Shown here one piece after another: positions 24,600-35,540 of a stretch of 64,000 nucleotides of DNA. Source of the stretch: Eledone cirrhosa (lineage: Eukaryota); the NCBI GenBank assembly GCA_964016885.1, contig CAXHJY010001145.1, forward strand, positions 1 through 64,000, in the 5' to 3' direction. The notes under the pieces were generated by a model that saw only the letters and a list, made by a program, of their open reading frames with translations, was not told where the DNA came from and did not search any database. The position numbers and the translations under genes are program-made. The first letter of the stretch is position 1. Every line of letters starts with the position of its first letter.

Positions 24600-27045
24600 T
24601 CAAGTCGAAAGGTTTTCAAACTGGATGTGTAATCAATGTCATTCCAGATCTGACATACTTTACGGAACAACACCTTGCTCCGATGACCAGATTCCTGTTG
24701 AGGATTTTGCCAGAGCTCTCCGGGGTTTAGCCAAGTTGAAGCCCATCAACCGGATACCAAAGAGCGCTCGGAATTGTTTCACTCGTGCTTCCTCCAAACT
24801 GAAGAACGTTTGCCTATCCAACAACACATCGGATTGACAGAAACAGTTCTTATTAACCTCTCATTTTTCTCCATGTACCTAATGTGAAAACCGGTCCCCT
24901 CATATCACCCTTAAAACAACAGCTTGAGTTGTTTGAGTTCACCCCCACCACTGTTCAACTCGGGTCAGTGATCAGCACAGCTGCTAACACTGTATGGTCG
25001 CCAAACTTAAAGAGAGCTGTCAATGCCAAATTCAACAAATTTGATGTTAAAGGGCTATTCACCTCTCTTCTCTGTCCTCCCTCGCTCAATGTAATACAGA
25101 TTCTCTCGAAACATCCTCTAGACCCTCCTGGTGACTGTTTACACTGGCGCGATCCACCTGGTTATTTACAAGTTTTCACCTCGGATAACACCAGGAAAGC
25201 GATTGCATCTTTTCCAGTGAATTCCGGTGCAAGGATTGAATGTCTACGACCCCAGCATCTTCAGGGTGGTATCTTTCCGTTGGCCGGCGATACCGGCCTC
25301 CAGCTCTAAAAAGAATCTGACCTAGTTTGTCAACATGTTCTCGCCCGAGAATGTCCTCCCTATATTCACCCCTTGTTCTTTGGGGCTAAACTATTTCTTT
25401 CCACAAAGCCCCATGGTGACCTCTGCCCCATTGCAATTGGGTGCACCCTGCGACGGCTAACAGCAAAAGTGCGTCTGTCATCGGTTCCAGACTACCTGTT
25501 TGCAGAATTTTCCCCTATTCAGTTAAGGGTGAAGTAACTGCTCACGCCACAAGAGCTTTTACCAACTTGTCTTCTGAGTTCTCTAATGTTATCCTAAAAC
25601 CTGATCTCAACAATGCCTTCATCTCCACCAGTTGTGATATCATCCTCCGCCCAGTAAAGGAGAGGCCCCACAGTTCTACAATTTTGCTTGACAGACTTAC
25701 TGACCTAGCTTTCGAGACCATTTTTCTACGCAAGATGGCTAGCCTCGAGGAACTACTACAAAACATTGAGGCAATAGAGCCCTCATCAAGCTTTTTTTAA
25801 AATATATTTAGGGATTACCTGTTGATTCCTGAATCTGTATGAATACTTGTCTCTGTCTCTTCCCTGCTTTCTTTCCTCCATATATGCTTGCTCTCCTTTA
25901 GTAGGTAACGTCCTCTCTTCTCTTACACGGACTAGCTCCAACAAGGAGTTGGATGAAGTTCTACTACCGTGGAGGGAGTTAGGTGTGTCAGTTTCTCATA
26001 CAGAAGAAGATAGACTGAAACATAGATTTTGGGACAATCTGTTCGAGAGACACCTTCAACTCTCTCTCTCTCTCTGATCAATTCTTAAGTTTTTACCAAC
26101 TTTTCGTGAGTGCAAAATTCTTTTTGAGCTTGGTTGATGCCCAACCCGTAGCCAAGATCAGTGGCCTACTCAGTCAGGATGAGATCCGTAACGCCATTTC
26201 ACTCAGAGTGGGAGCCGGTTTCCGTGGGGGAGTGAGATATTGTTGCGATAGGCTGCTTGACTCCACAATTCTCCATGGTTTGTCTTGCAACCTGAATGCT
26301 GGGCGCCATACCAAGCTAAACTTAATTATTAAACGGGCCCTGGTTCGAGTAAATGTGCCCTCAATTCTAAAGCCGGCTCTATTGTCCATTGTTGATAGGA
26401 AGAAACCAAGTGGTCTTACACTTTTTCCATGGGTAAGAGGCAGAGGCTTAACTAGGGTATGGCAAGTATGACACGTGCCATGGGCGCCATATGAAGAGGA
26501 CGCCACTTTGACTAGGAGCACGTTCTATTAAAGTCAAATAAGCCTCGTCGGAGAATGGAAAAAGAAACTCCTTCAGATGTATGATCTATCTCTGATTATC
26601 ATGGGTGAGAACTCTATGGTGGCTGGATCATTAAACCATTTATATAAATTATTAGGCCCATAGGCAAAAATACAGTGCTGAGCAGGGACGTAATTTCACT
26701 GCTTGCCATAGGTGCTATTTTCCCTAGTTATGCCTCTGGTAAGAGGTAAATGTCACATTTAGTAGGTCACATTCAGTGACTCTTTTTCGCCTTCCCACAT
26801 CCTGGATGTTGTGGTAAACTACGGTCACGACTTTCGAAGCCGAACGGAATAAAATTCTAACATATCAGGAATTATCGACAAACAATTTTTCCAATCCGAG
26901 ACATATGGAGCAGCCTGGTCGCTGACAACGAAGTTCTTCTCATCATTGGCAGCTCGCCTTACCGGGTTATCAGGTGATACTCGTGAGGGTGCTTCATTAT
27001 TCCAGCGCCTTAGCCTCACTATTACCCGCGGTATTAGAGAGAGGC
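24600..27045 (+). pseudogene. Heavily decayed CRE-clade non-LTR retrotransposon (RT + restriction-like endonuclease)
   Basis: RIPKSAR, SGARIECLRPQHL, PIAIGCTLRRLTAK, DLNNAF, LPCFLSS, AISLRVG, HGLSC, RHTKLN..IKRAL, KPSGLTLFPW, GDTREGASLFQRLSLTITRG. Confidence 0.8.
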
Positions 27046-27258
27046 TCCGGCAACCCTTGTGATGTGTGACCAACTGACAAACTTAGTGTTGAATTAATAG
27101 TTTCTCTCGTTTTAATTCTATATTTTTATGTGAAATATTTATGTAATCAAGTAATAGAGAGATATGTGAGTGTATTTCAGTCGTTAAAATGAATACTGCT
27201 CACCTTTTTTTCTTTAATCACTTCTGAACACTCTGAACAGTATGTTTTTAATTTGGAA

Positions 27259-27502
27259 GTAATTTTACAATCATTAATTGTTTCTACCTTTGGCACAAGG
27301 CCAGCAATTACCCAGTACATTACTGGTACTTTATTTTATCGACCCCGTAAGGATGAAAGGCAAAGTCAACCTCGGCGGGATTTGACTTTGCTTTTCATTC
27401 TTACGGGGTCGATAAAATAAAGTACCAGTAATGTACTGGTTTATTGCTGGCCTTGTGCCAAAGGTAGAAACAATTAATGATTGTAATTTTACAATCATTA
27501 AT
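27259..27502. mobile_element. Fold-back SINE insertion with 20-bp TSD
   Basis: Minus-strand SINE 3' half, then its inverted copy; TSD GTAATTTTACAATCATTAAT at 27259-27278 and 27483-27502. Confidence 0.9.
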
Positions 27503-28009
27503 GTTATTTTGAAACAACAGCAGAGAGTCGAATTGTTTTGTTCACTTTAAATTCAAACACCACTATTAATTTATCGATGGGATGAAAGGTGACGTTGATC
27601 GCGGCGGGATTTGAACTCAGATCGCAGAGAGTTTTAAGAAATAGACATTTAATGGGACGCTCTAATTACACACTTATATTACACTCAACCATATATACAT
27701 ACTCACACAAACGGCAGCAAAGCGTTCATAGCAACGCTATATATGAAACGTTAAATCGGGTAGGTTGTTAAAAATATCTCTCTATATATATGTACATACA
27801 TGCAATTATATAATATAACTGAACGATTTTGATAGGGGAGAGAGAGTGAGAGAGAGAGAGAGTGAGAGAGAGAGATTATATAGAGTATATACATAACATG
27901 CGCGAAATAGGAAGTTGGTAGAAGTTTTTGAACATATGTGACTACCGTATTTATTGTTGTATTTCCTTGTGAACGTTGTCGGTACCACTACTATTTCTGT
28001 TACTAACGT

Positions 28010-28130
28010 CAACACCACCACTACCACCACCACTACCACCACCACCACCACCACTACTACTTCTACCACCACCACCACCACCACCACTACCACTACTACA
28101 CTAACACCACAACACACCACACCACACTAC
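28010..28130. repeat. (ACC/ACT)n trinucleotide repeat
   Basis: Direct observation. Confidence 0.9.
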
Positions 28131-28265
28131 CTCCCATCGCAACGACAATTAGTGCTGCTGCTGCTGCTGTTAACCACGGTTTCTATAGAAGCTTTATATA
28201 GGAGGAAAACAACGTGACCACTCGTTGACACATACACACACACACACACACACACGCAGACAGGG

Positions 28266-28296
<31 letters not shown>

Positions 28297-28515
28297 GGCA
28301 TGTGTATATATATGCATAGCTTCTGATCGATGACAACAGAGGTGTGTAAGAATAATGTGGTTGCCTTATAAATAATTTACCGAAAGATAATGATCAGCTA
28401 ATTATATTATATATATAATATATATTATATATAATATAAACACTTCATTACATTGCGCTGATTGATTTGATGGACAGCAAACCGCCACTGGTACGTTACG
28501 AAATATTATGTGTGA

Positions 28516-28543
<28 letters not shown>

Positions 28544-28546
<3 letters not shown>

Positions 28547-29017
28547 CGATATTAACAAATGGAAACTATATTTATAAAACCATATTTATTTCATTATACA
28601 TATTTCAAGGACACCAAGTTAAATTATGGTGTGCTTTCATCAGATAAAATATAATATAGAGCAGTTTTCTAAATAAATATTGACATACCCTTAAAGAATG
28701 CAACCATTACTGTTGGAAGCTCCCGGATAGTTATCCGGATAGCTGTCCGGGAGCTTCCAACAGTAATGGTTGCATTCTTTAAGGGTATGTCAATATTTAT
28801 TTAGAAAACTGCTCTATATTATATTTTATCTGATGAAAGCACACCATAATTTAACTTGGTCTCCTTGAAATATGTATAATGAAATAAATATGGTTTTATA
28901 AATATAGTTTCCATTTGTTAATATCGTATTTTTACTCCAATTATTTGTTGAGAGCTTTATATCAGTTATAAAAATATTTGCTTGTTGTATCCCAACAATT
29001 TAATTAGAACTTTTACA
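28544..29017. mobile_element. Head-to-head palindromic pseudo-LTR pair, family A; hammerheads at 28588-28650 (-) and 28823-28885 (+)
   Basis: 28544-28929 is a near-perfect palindrome; ATTTTAT-CTGATGA-AAGCACACCA..TGGTCTCCTT-GAAA-TATGTA-TA-ATGAAAT. Confidence 0.85.
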
Positions 29018-29163
29018 TATATATATATATATATTTGTTTTACTTGATTTCTTAATGTGAAATCGTGTTGAAACAAATATTGTTATACTTTGGGAGTGTC
29101 ATGGTGCGTGTTTTTCTTGACAACATGACACCCCCAAAAGTATAACAATATATATATATATAT

Positions 29164-29253
29164 ATAATATAAGATCAAAAGATGGTTAAAGGAGTTCCAT
29201 GTATTTTATAAAATACATGGAACTCCTTTAACCATCTTTTGATCTTATATTAT
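29164..29253. repeat. Perfect 90-bp loopless palindrome
   Basis: Symmetric about 29208/29209; adjoins (TA)n. Confidence 0.9.
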
Positions 29254-29336
29254 GTATACTCCAGTCCTACAAACTGTAGAGTGCTTCTTATCCGATATCT
29301 GCATTGCTTTATTGTACTACAATAAAACTCACCTCC

Positions 29337-29397
<61 letters not shown>

Positions 29398-30301
29398 TTA
29401 CACACACACATATATATATATATTGTTTTATTTTGGGGGGGGGGTGTCATGTTGTCAAGAAAAACACATGCACCATGACACTCCCAAAGTATAACGATAT
29501 TTGTTTCAACACGATTATATATACACACTGGGTAATTGCTGGCCTTGTGCCTAAAGTAGAAACAATTATATATACACACATACAAATATATATGTATGTA
29601 TGGTGTCTGTGTGTGTGTGTTTGTGCATGTGTGCACGCGCGAGTGTACGCATATATTTATTTTGTTCGTAAATATTTATTGAAAAGTGTAAAAATCAAAT
29701 TTTATATGTTGCTATAGCTCTAATTATTTTGATTTATTGGAATATTTTATCGAGCACATTCGCGTGATATTGACGGACGCGAGAATGAGTACTCAATACT
29801 TAAGCAGAGCTTAATATTCTTTATCGTGGGTAAGTGATGAGTTTCGTTATTGTGCAGTTTCCCATGTGTACTCACAGAGTCATCAGACGAGACAAGCCTT
29901 GTCTTATGATACAGTGAGTAAACAGGTAAAACTGCAGAGTAAACAATACTCATAATTTATCCATTATAAAGAATATGTATATATAATATAGTAATTTCTA
30001 TATTAAACTTGATTTTTACACTCTACTAATGTATTGGGTACTTTACTGTGGTCACCCCCGATTGAATCCGGGACTCTCTCTTACATAATATATATCATCA
30101 TCATCATCATCGTTTAACGTCCATCTTCCACGCTAGCATGGGTTAGACGGTATATATATATATATATATATATTTATTAAAATAACAGATTAAAGTTTAA
30201 GCAAAGAATCGCAGCTTTCACCCTTAACGGGATCTTCTGAAACTTATATATTTATCCCTATCGAGCCCTCTTTGGATTTTAGTCTTCAAATTTATTATTA
30301 T

Positions 30302-30349
<48 letters not shown>

Positions 30350-30354
<5 letters not shown>

Positions 30355-30543
30355 ACAGACCCTCCATCTCAACTCTACTTTTGAAAAGCAGAAGAACTGC
30401 GAAACCGGTAAAGGAACCAAATAAATATATATATTTAAAAAAAAATAAGACTTTAGTTGCATTTTCGATTTCATCTTTTTTTCTTTGTACTTTCACTCGT
30501 GTATGACACCTCGGTTATTTTTCATTTTGTAAAAAAACCTCAC

Positions 30544-30552
<9 letters not shown>
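30350..30552 (+). mobile_element. Pseudo-LTR-like repeat with variant hammerhead (30378-30413)
   Basis: CTT-TTGAAAA-GCAG(AAGAA)CTGC-GAAA-CCGG-TA-AAG; inverted copy of 884-1083. Confidence 0.55.
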
Positions 30553-30587
<35 letters not shown>

Positions 30588-30618
30588 CATTCTGGTTTCA
30601 TTTTTTTAATTTCTCCTC

Positions 30619-30657
<39 letters not shown>

Positions 30658-32037
30658 GGTGAGAGTGTGTCTTTATAACCCCCAAACAAGACTCATTAAA
30701 ATTTTGAAATCAACTCAGACATTGTGTATGAATGTGTGTAGGTATAGATGTCATTGCATGTGTGGATCTGTATGTTTTGAATTGTTTATATATCTATACG
30801 CGTGCATATGCAGTTATTACTTTCTAAACTTTGTTTGTTTGATGTATGTTTGTATGTATGTATGTATTTATGAATGTATGTATGTATGTGTGTACACAGA
30901 TGGGCTAACTCCCCGTAAGTTGTAGTTATTTGAATCTGTTTCGTTACTTGTAAGTACATCATGTATACACCACACATACGCTCACACACACACACACATA
31001 CATACACACACATGTACATAATAGTACATAAGCAAATCTTGATTACTAACATACTTAATGGACAATTTGAAATGGGGCCAACATTTCACATCTGATCTGG
31101 GCCAATTATCACTTATTGGAGCCTATATTTTACATCTAACCTAGACCTATTATCGGACCCGTCGCCAAAGTGGCGCACTGAATGTCAGTGACCCCGCCCC
31201 CTACTTTTTAATGTTGTACCCATAGATTTACGGTGATATGTTTAGTCTGAAACTCCACTTTAGAATTATTGTGAATTAGAGTACACAACTAGAATGTTCT
31301 GAGGGTCCTTCTGAGCACCAAATCCTGGCGATATATATCATATCATCAACATTTAACGTCCGCTTTCCCTGCTAGCAAGGGCTGGACGAGTCTACATAGA
31401 TCAAGTCAGTACTGAAGCGAGAAGGTCTGTATCCCGCTTATGTACGGTCATATCGATTGCAGAGGAGAATTTGTCGTGTCTTTTAACACAAACTGATGGA
31501 TCCTTCTAGCTCCGCCCTTCCTAACCCCCAACCGCTTTACAGCGTGTACTGGGAGCTTTTATTGTGTAGATCACCAGCACCGGGGAGGGTGTCGTGTTCT
31601 TGACATAACCCAAGGATCCTCCCAATTCTTTATTTGGCAATCTTTCTACTGCTTTATCACCAACCACTTTACATCGTGTACTGGGTGTGTTTATCATGTA
31701 GATCACCAATACTAGAGAGGTTGTTGTCTTTGACACAGCTGAAGGGTCCTCTTAACCCTTTAGGCATGGTTTCTACAGCAAGGTGCCCTTCCTGTCCCCA
31801 ACCAGCCATACGGAGTGTGCAGGGTACATTTTCGTGGCACCAACACTAAAGAAATTGTTGGTCTTAGACTCAGCTCTAGGGTCGGAAGATAGGTATTAAG
31901 TTATAGATGTTTGTGGAGATGGGTAGCGGTGATTGATTAGCGTATGGCGATGTGGTGGTGTGGGGGATGTGTTCAATATGGAGGGGTAGGGCGTGATGGA
32001 GAGATAGGTTGGGGTAAGGCGTAGGTGTAACTAGTAA

Positions 32038-32081
<44 letters not shown>

Positions 32082-32459
32082 TCAAAAGAAGCCCTTATGG
32101 CTAAGTCTTTAGAATATGTTTCTAAATAGGATGGCGCACAGGACGAAGACAATAGAAAACACAACGGAAAAACAGAGTCCCATCTCCTCAGTCAACTTCT
32201 GGAAATCACTGCAGTTATATATATTTATATAACGCATAATTTTTATGACGTTTTGCAGAGATACATTTTCTATGATGTGATTATGACCTTTCTTTCTTCA
32301 TCTCTATCTCTTTCTTTCACATAAATCGTATTTACCTGTATGTATAAATATGTGAAATAAAAGTACACAAAGATTACAATTATGCTGATGTCATTTAAAA
32401 AAATACTTTCTTTACTGTATAGTTCCATTCGTTAATGCTTTCATTTACCGAATATCTTC

Positions 32460-32503
<44 letters not shown>

Positions 32504-32633
32504 AGAGAACTTCATCGTAGACAAGTTGGCTCTCGCCCCTTAGAAACTACACCAAGCATTTTAAGGCCATTTTCCCAGCTAAAGCGGGAGTGTGCCTTGC
32601 AGACCACACAAAACACTCCATTTTCCCCTATCG

Positions 32634-32798
32634 TCTTGGTTCTCAACTGGGGTCCACATGGACCCTGGGGGTCCATGTAATATTCCACAGGCAAAAAATA
32701 TTCTTTTGTCGAATAGCTATGAGGGGGTCTACCCCCCCCCCCCCAAACAAAAATAAGGGAAAAGGGGTCCATGAGTAAAAAAAGGTTGAGAACCACTG
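32634..32798. mobile_element. hAT/Charlie-type MITE
   Basis: TGGTTCTCAAC..GTTGAGAACCACTG termini. Confidence 0.6.
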
Positions 32799-32908
32799 GT
32801 CTACATCAACCTTCTGACTTTAGTTTCCACCGCCATCATCTTTAGCTATGTATTTTCTGATAGCCTATTTCCTATATTTCCACATTTACTTCTATCACTC
32901 CTTACACC

Positions 32909-33037
32909 CAGTGCCGGATTTAGGACAAATGAGTCCCTGTTCTAGTTAAGCCCGGAAGGAAGTAAAAAATGTTTTGGCAGGAAGATGCCCCGCCTCCTTC
33001 CCCTGACCAATGGGGCCCTGTGCTTCATCCGGCACTG
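32909..33037. mobile_element. hAT-type MITE
   Basis: TIR CAGTGCCGGAT/ATCCGGCACTG; 8-bp TSD CTTACACC/TTTACACC. Confidence 0.8.
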
Positions 33038-33415
33038 TTTACACCCAGTCACTTTCATCCTTCTCCAACCATCTAATTCGATTTCTTTTTACTATATTCA
33101 AAAAATGGCTCTATTCCTCTCACTCAGTCACTTTTTATCTTTCCTCAGCACGATAAAATAAAATTTAAATGATAAAATAAAACTTTTTACTTCACTGAAT
33201 TATTTTCAGTGTTAAATAAACGATTAAAAGCAGATTTTTCGGACGCATTAAAATTTCCATTGTTATAAATTAGTAAACCTATGACTTTTACGGTAAAAGT
33301 TAAATTCCGGGGGAAACATCTGCATTCCCTGTATTTGTGTGAAAATGAGGGAGTATGCATGGATTTTTCCCCATGATTAATTCATATTGATTTGTTACTT
33401 TTATAAATTAGATTC

Positions 33416-33833
33416 TTAACCCTTCAGCATTTAAACCGGCCAGAATTCTCTTTCTGTTCAAACTGGCCATAACTAGCCACTCATACTGCTGTTAAAGTAT
33501 TATTCTCAAAATAAATTACATCAAAATCTCATAGATTCAATATGTGAAAATATAATAGTAAATATAGAGTAATGCAAATGCTAAAGGATTAAAGATTAAA
33601 GACCATTTTTGTTTTTGTATTAACCCTTTAGCATTTACATTACTCTATACTTACTATTATATTTTCGCGGTAAAGGCTTTATCTCATAATATCAAAGCTA
33701 CAAGATTTTGATATTATTTATTTTGAGAACAATACCTCAACATCAGTATGAGCGGCCGGTTACAACCGGTTTGAACAGAAAGAAGTCAGAGAATTCTAGC
33801 CGGATACAGCCAGTTTAAATGCTAAAGGGTTAA
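33416..33833. mobile_element. Two adjacent piggyBac-type MITEs in opposite orientation (33416-33592, 33620-33833)
   Basis: TTAA-CCCTTTAGCATT..AATGCTAAAGGG-TTAA. Confidence 0.8.
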
Positions 33834-34319
33834 AAATATTAAAAGATCGAGAAAAAAAACCAACAAATTTCTATAACATATTTTTTTCACAATTCGAGGA
33901 ATTTTATAACTAGGAAGTTACCACAATTATGCATGCATAGTCCCGTAACTACTGAGAGTTATAGGGGCGCCGTATCGACATACGGCGTTTCAAGGGCATT
34001 TTTTAAAACCTGATGGAGCCCATCTCCTCTCCAGGTCTGAACACGGCAGATTTCTTCATGAGAAGGATAGAGAGTGAGATAAAAGAGGTGAGAAAGAGAT
34101 ATAGAGGAAGAATCGACCCCAGTACTTGACGGATACATTTTTATCGACCATAACTATCGTCATAAACATACAGATTGATCATATCTATATTAACTGTAGG
34201 GACTTTATCCTTTAACACTTTTGGATCATCGTCTTTCCAAATGAGGTTATCAATCTCTATGTGAAGGACGGGGGTGAATATGAGCTAGACAAAAATGGCT
34301 CCTCATATCATTTATTTCC

Positions 34320-34590
34320 TCCTAAGTTCAAAATCCCACTGAAGCCAACTTTGCTTTTCATCTTTCCGCCATTGATAACATAAAATACCTGTCAAAGTAC
34401 TATGGTCGATTAAATTGACCCTCCACAAATTGCTGGCCTTGTACTTAAATTAGAAATTATCATTTGCAGCATAGATTTATGGCCCTTTACGTTCTGAGTT
34501 CAAATCCTTCCGAGGTTAGCTCTGGGGGTCGATTTAATAAACTTTCCCCTTTCAAATTGCTGGCCTTGTGCCTAACGTAGAACCAATTAT
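34320..34590 (+). mobile_element. Two old diverged SINE fragments
   Basis: B-box and TTGCTGGCCTTGT tail motifs. Confidence 0.6.
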
Positions 34591-34826
34591 TTCTTATTGA
34601 ACAAGAGTTCAACTGCTATCAGTATTGACTTTGCCTTTTATCTCTCAGGGATCTAGTAAATTTAATTACCAGAGTCAACCTAATCGACTAACTATTAATT
34701 TTATGATCCTCTGTTTATGTTAGAAATAATTATTAATTAGTGCCGAAATAATTAGATGAAAGTAATAAAATACTGCAAAACTAATTTGTCGGCGAATTAC
34801 ATTTTTCAGTTGATAGTACATAGGAT

Positions 34827-34950
34827 CTTCTAGCGAGCTGGGCTGCTGACAACGAAGTATTAGGTAATGGCCAAGAGGGCGCTTGGCTGTTGCAGCGCCC
34901 CAACATCGCTATCATCTGCGGTAATGCAGTGAGTGTTTTGGGTTGCCTCA
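34827..34950 (+). pseudogene. CRE-like 3' fragment
   Basis: EGAWLLQR..AII.GNAVSVLGCL, similar to 20585-20795. Confidence 0.5.
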
Positions 34951-35350
34951 ATATTTTTCTAAAAAAAAAATAACCTTGTTATCTGTCTCATCATCATTTG
35001 TTACCTAGCTGTCTAATTTTGTCTGGCAACAAACTTGTCACTTTTTAAGGGAACATCCCATGGTAAATAAAGAGACTCCTCGCACAACACAGAAAGGTCG
35101 ATCACAGCGTCGCTACTACAGTGGACTGATGTTTCCTGATGAACGGGACCTAGTATGTTATGATCGAAGAATACGATGATGATCGGGACCTAGTATGTTA
35201 TGATCGAAGGAATAGCATTAAGTCCCACAATGCATTATGTTGGCCCTACTCCTATTAATTATTTACGGTGAATTGGCCTTGTGCCAAAAGCAGAAACAAT
35301 TATTTACGGTGAATTAGCAGAATCAGCAAATCAGAAACAATTATTTACAT

Positions 35351-35540
35351 TAATTGTTTCTACTTTTGGCACAAGGCCAGCAATTACCCAGTGCATTACT
35401 GGTACTTTATTTTATCGGCCCCGTAAGGATGAAAGGCAAAGTCAACCTCGGCGGGATTTGAACTCAGATCGTAAAGGGACGTAACTATGCTGGAAAGCAT
35501 GGCGTCCGACCCTCTACCGATACTGCCAATCCACCGCCAA
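35351..35540 (-). mobile_element. SINE (dominant family)
   Basis: Full reverse-complement copy. Confidence 0.9.

Noticed and set aside
27720-27737. GCGTTCATAGCAACGC as an RFX X-box promoter element
   Set aside because: Imperfect match with no supporting transcription start evidence
29840-29895. Minus-strand CTGATGA..GAAA as a hammerhead
   Set aside because: No convincing stem I, II or III pairing
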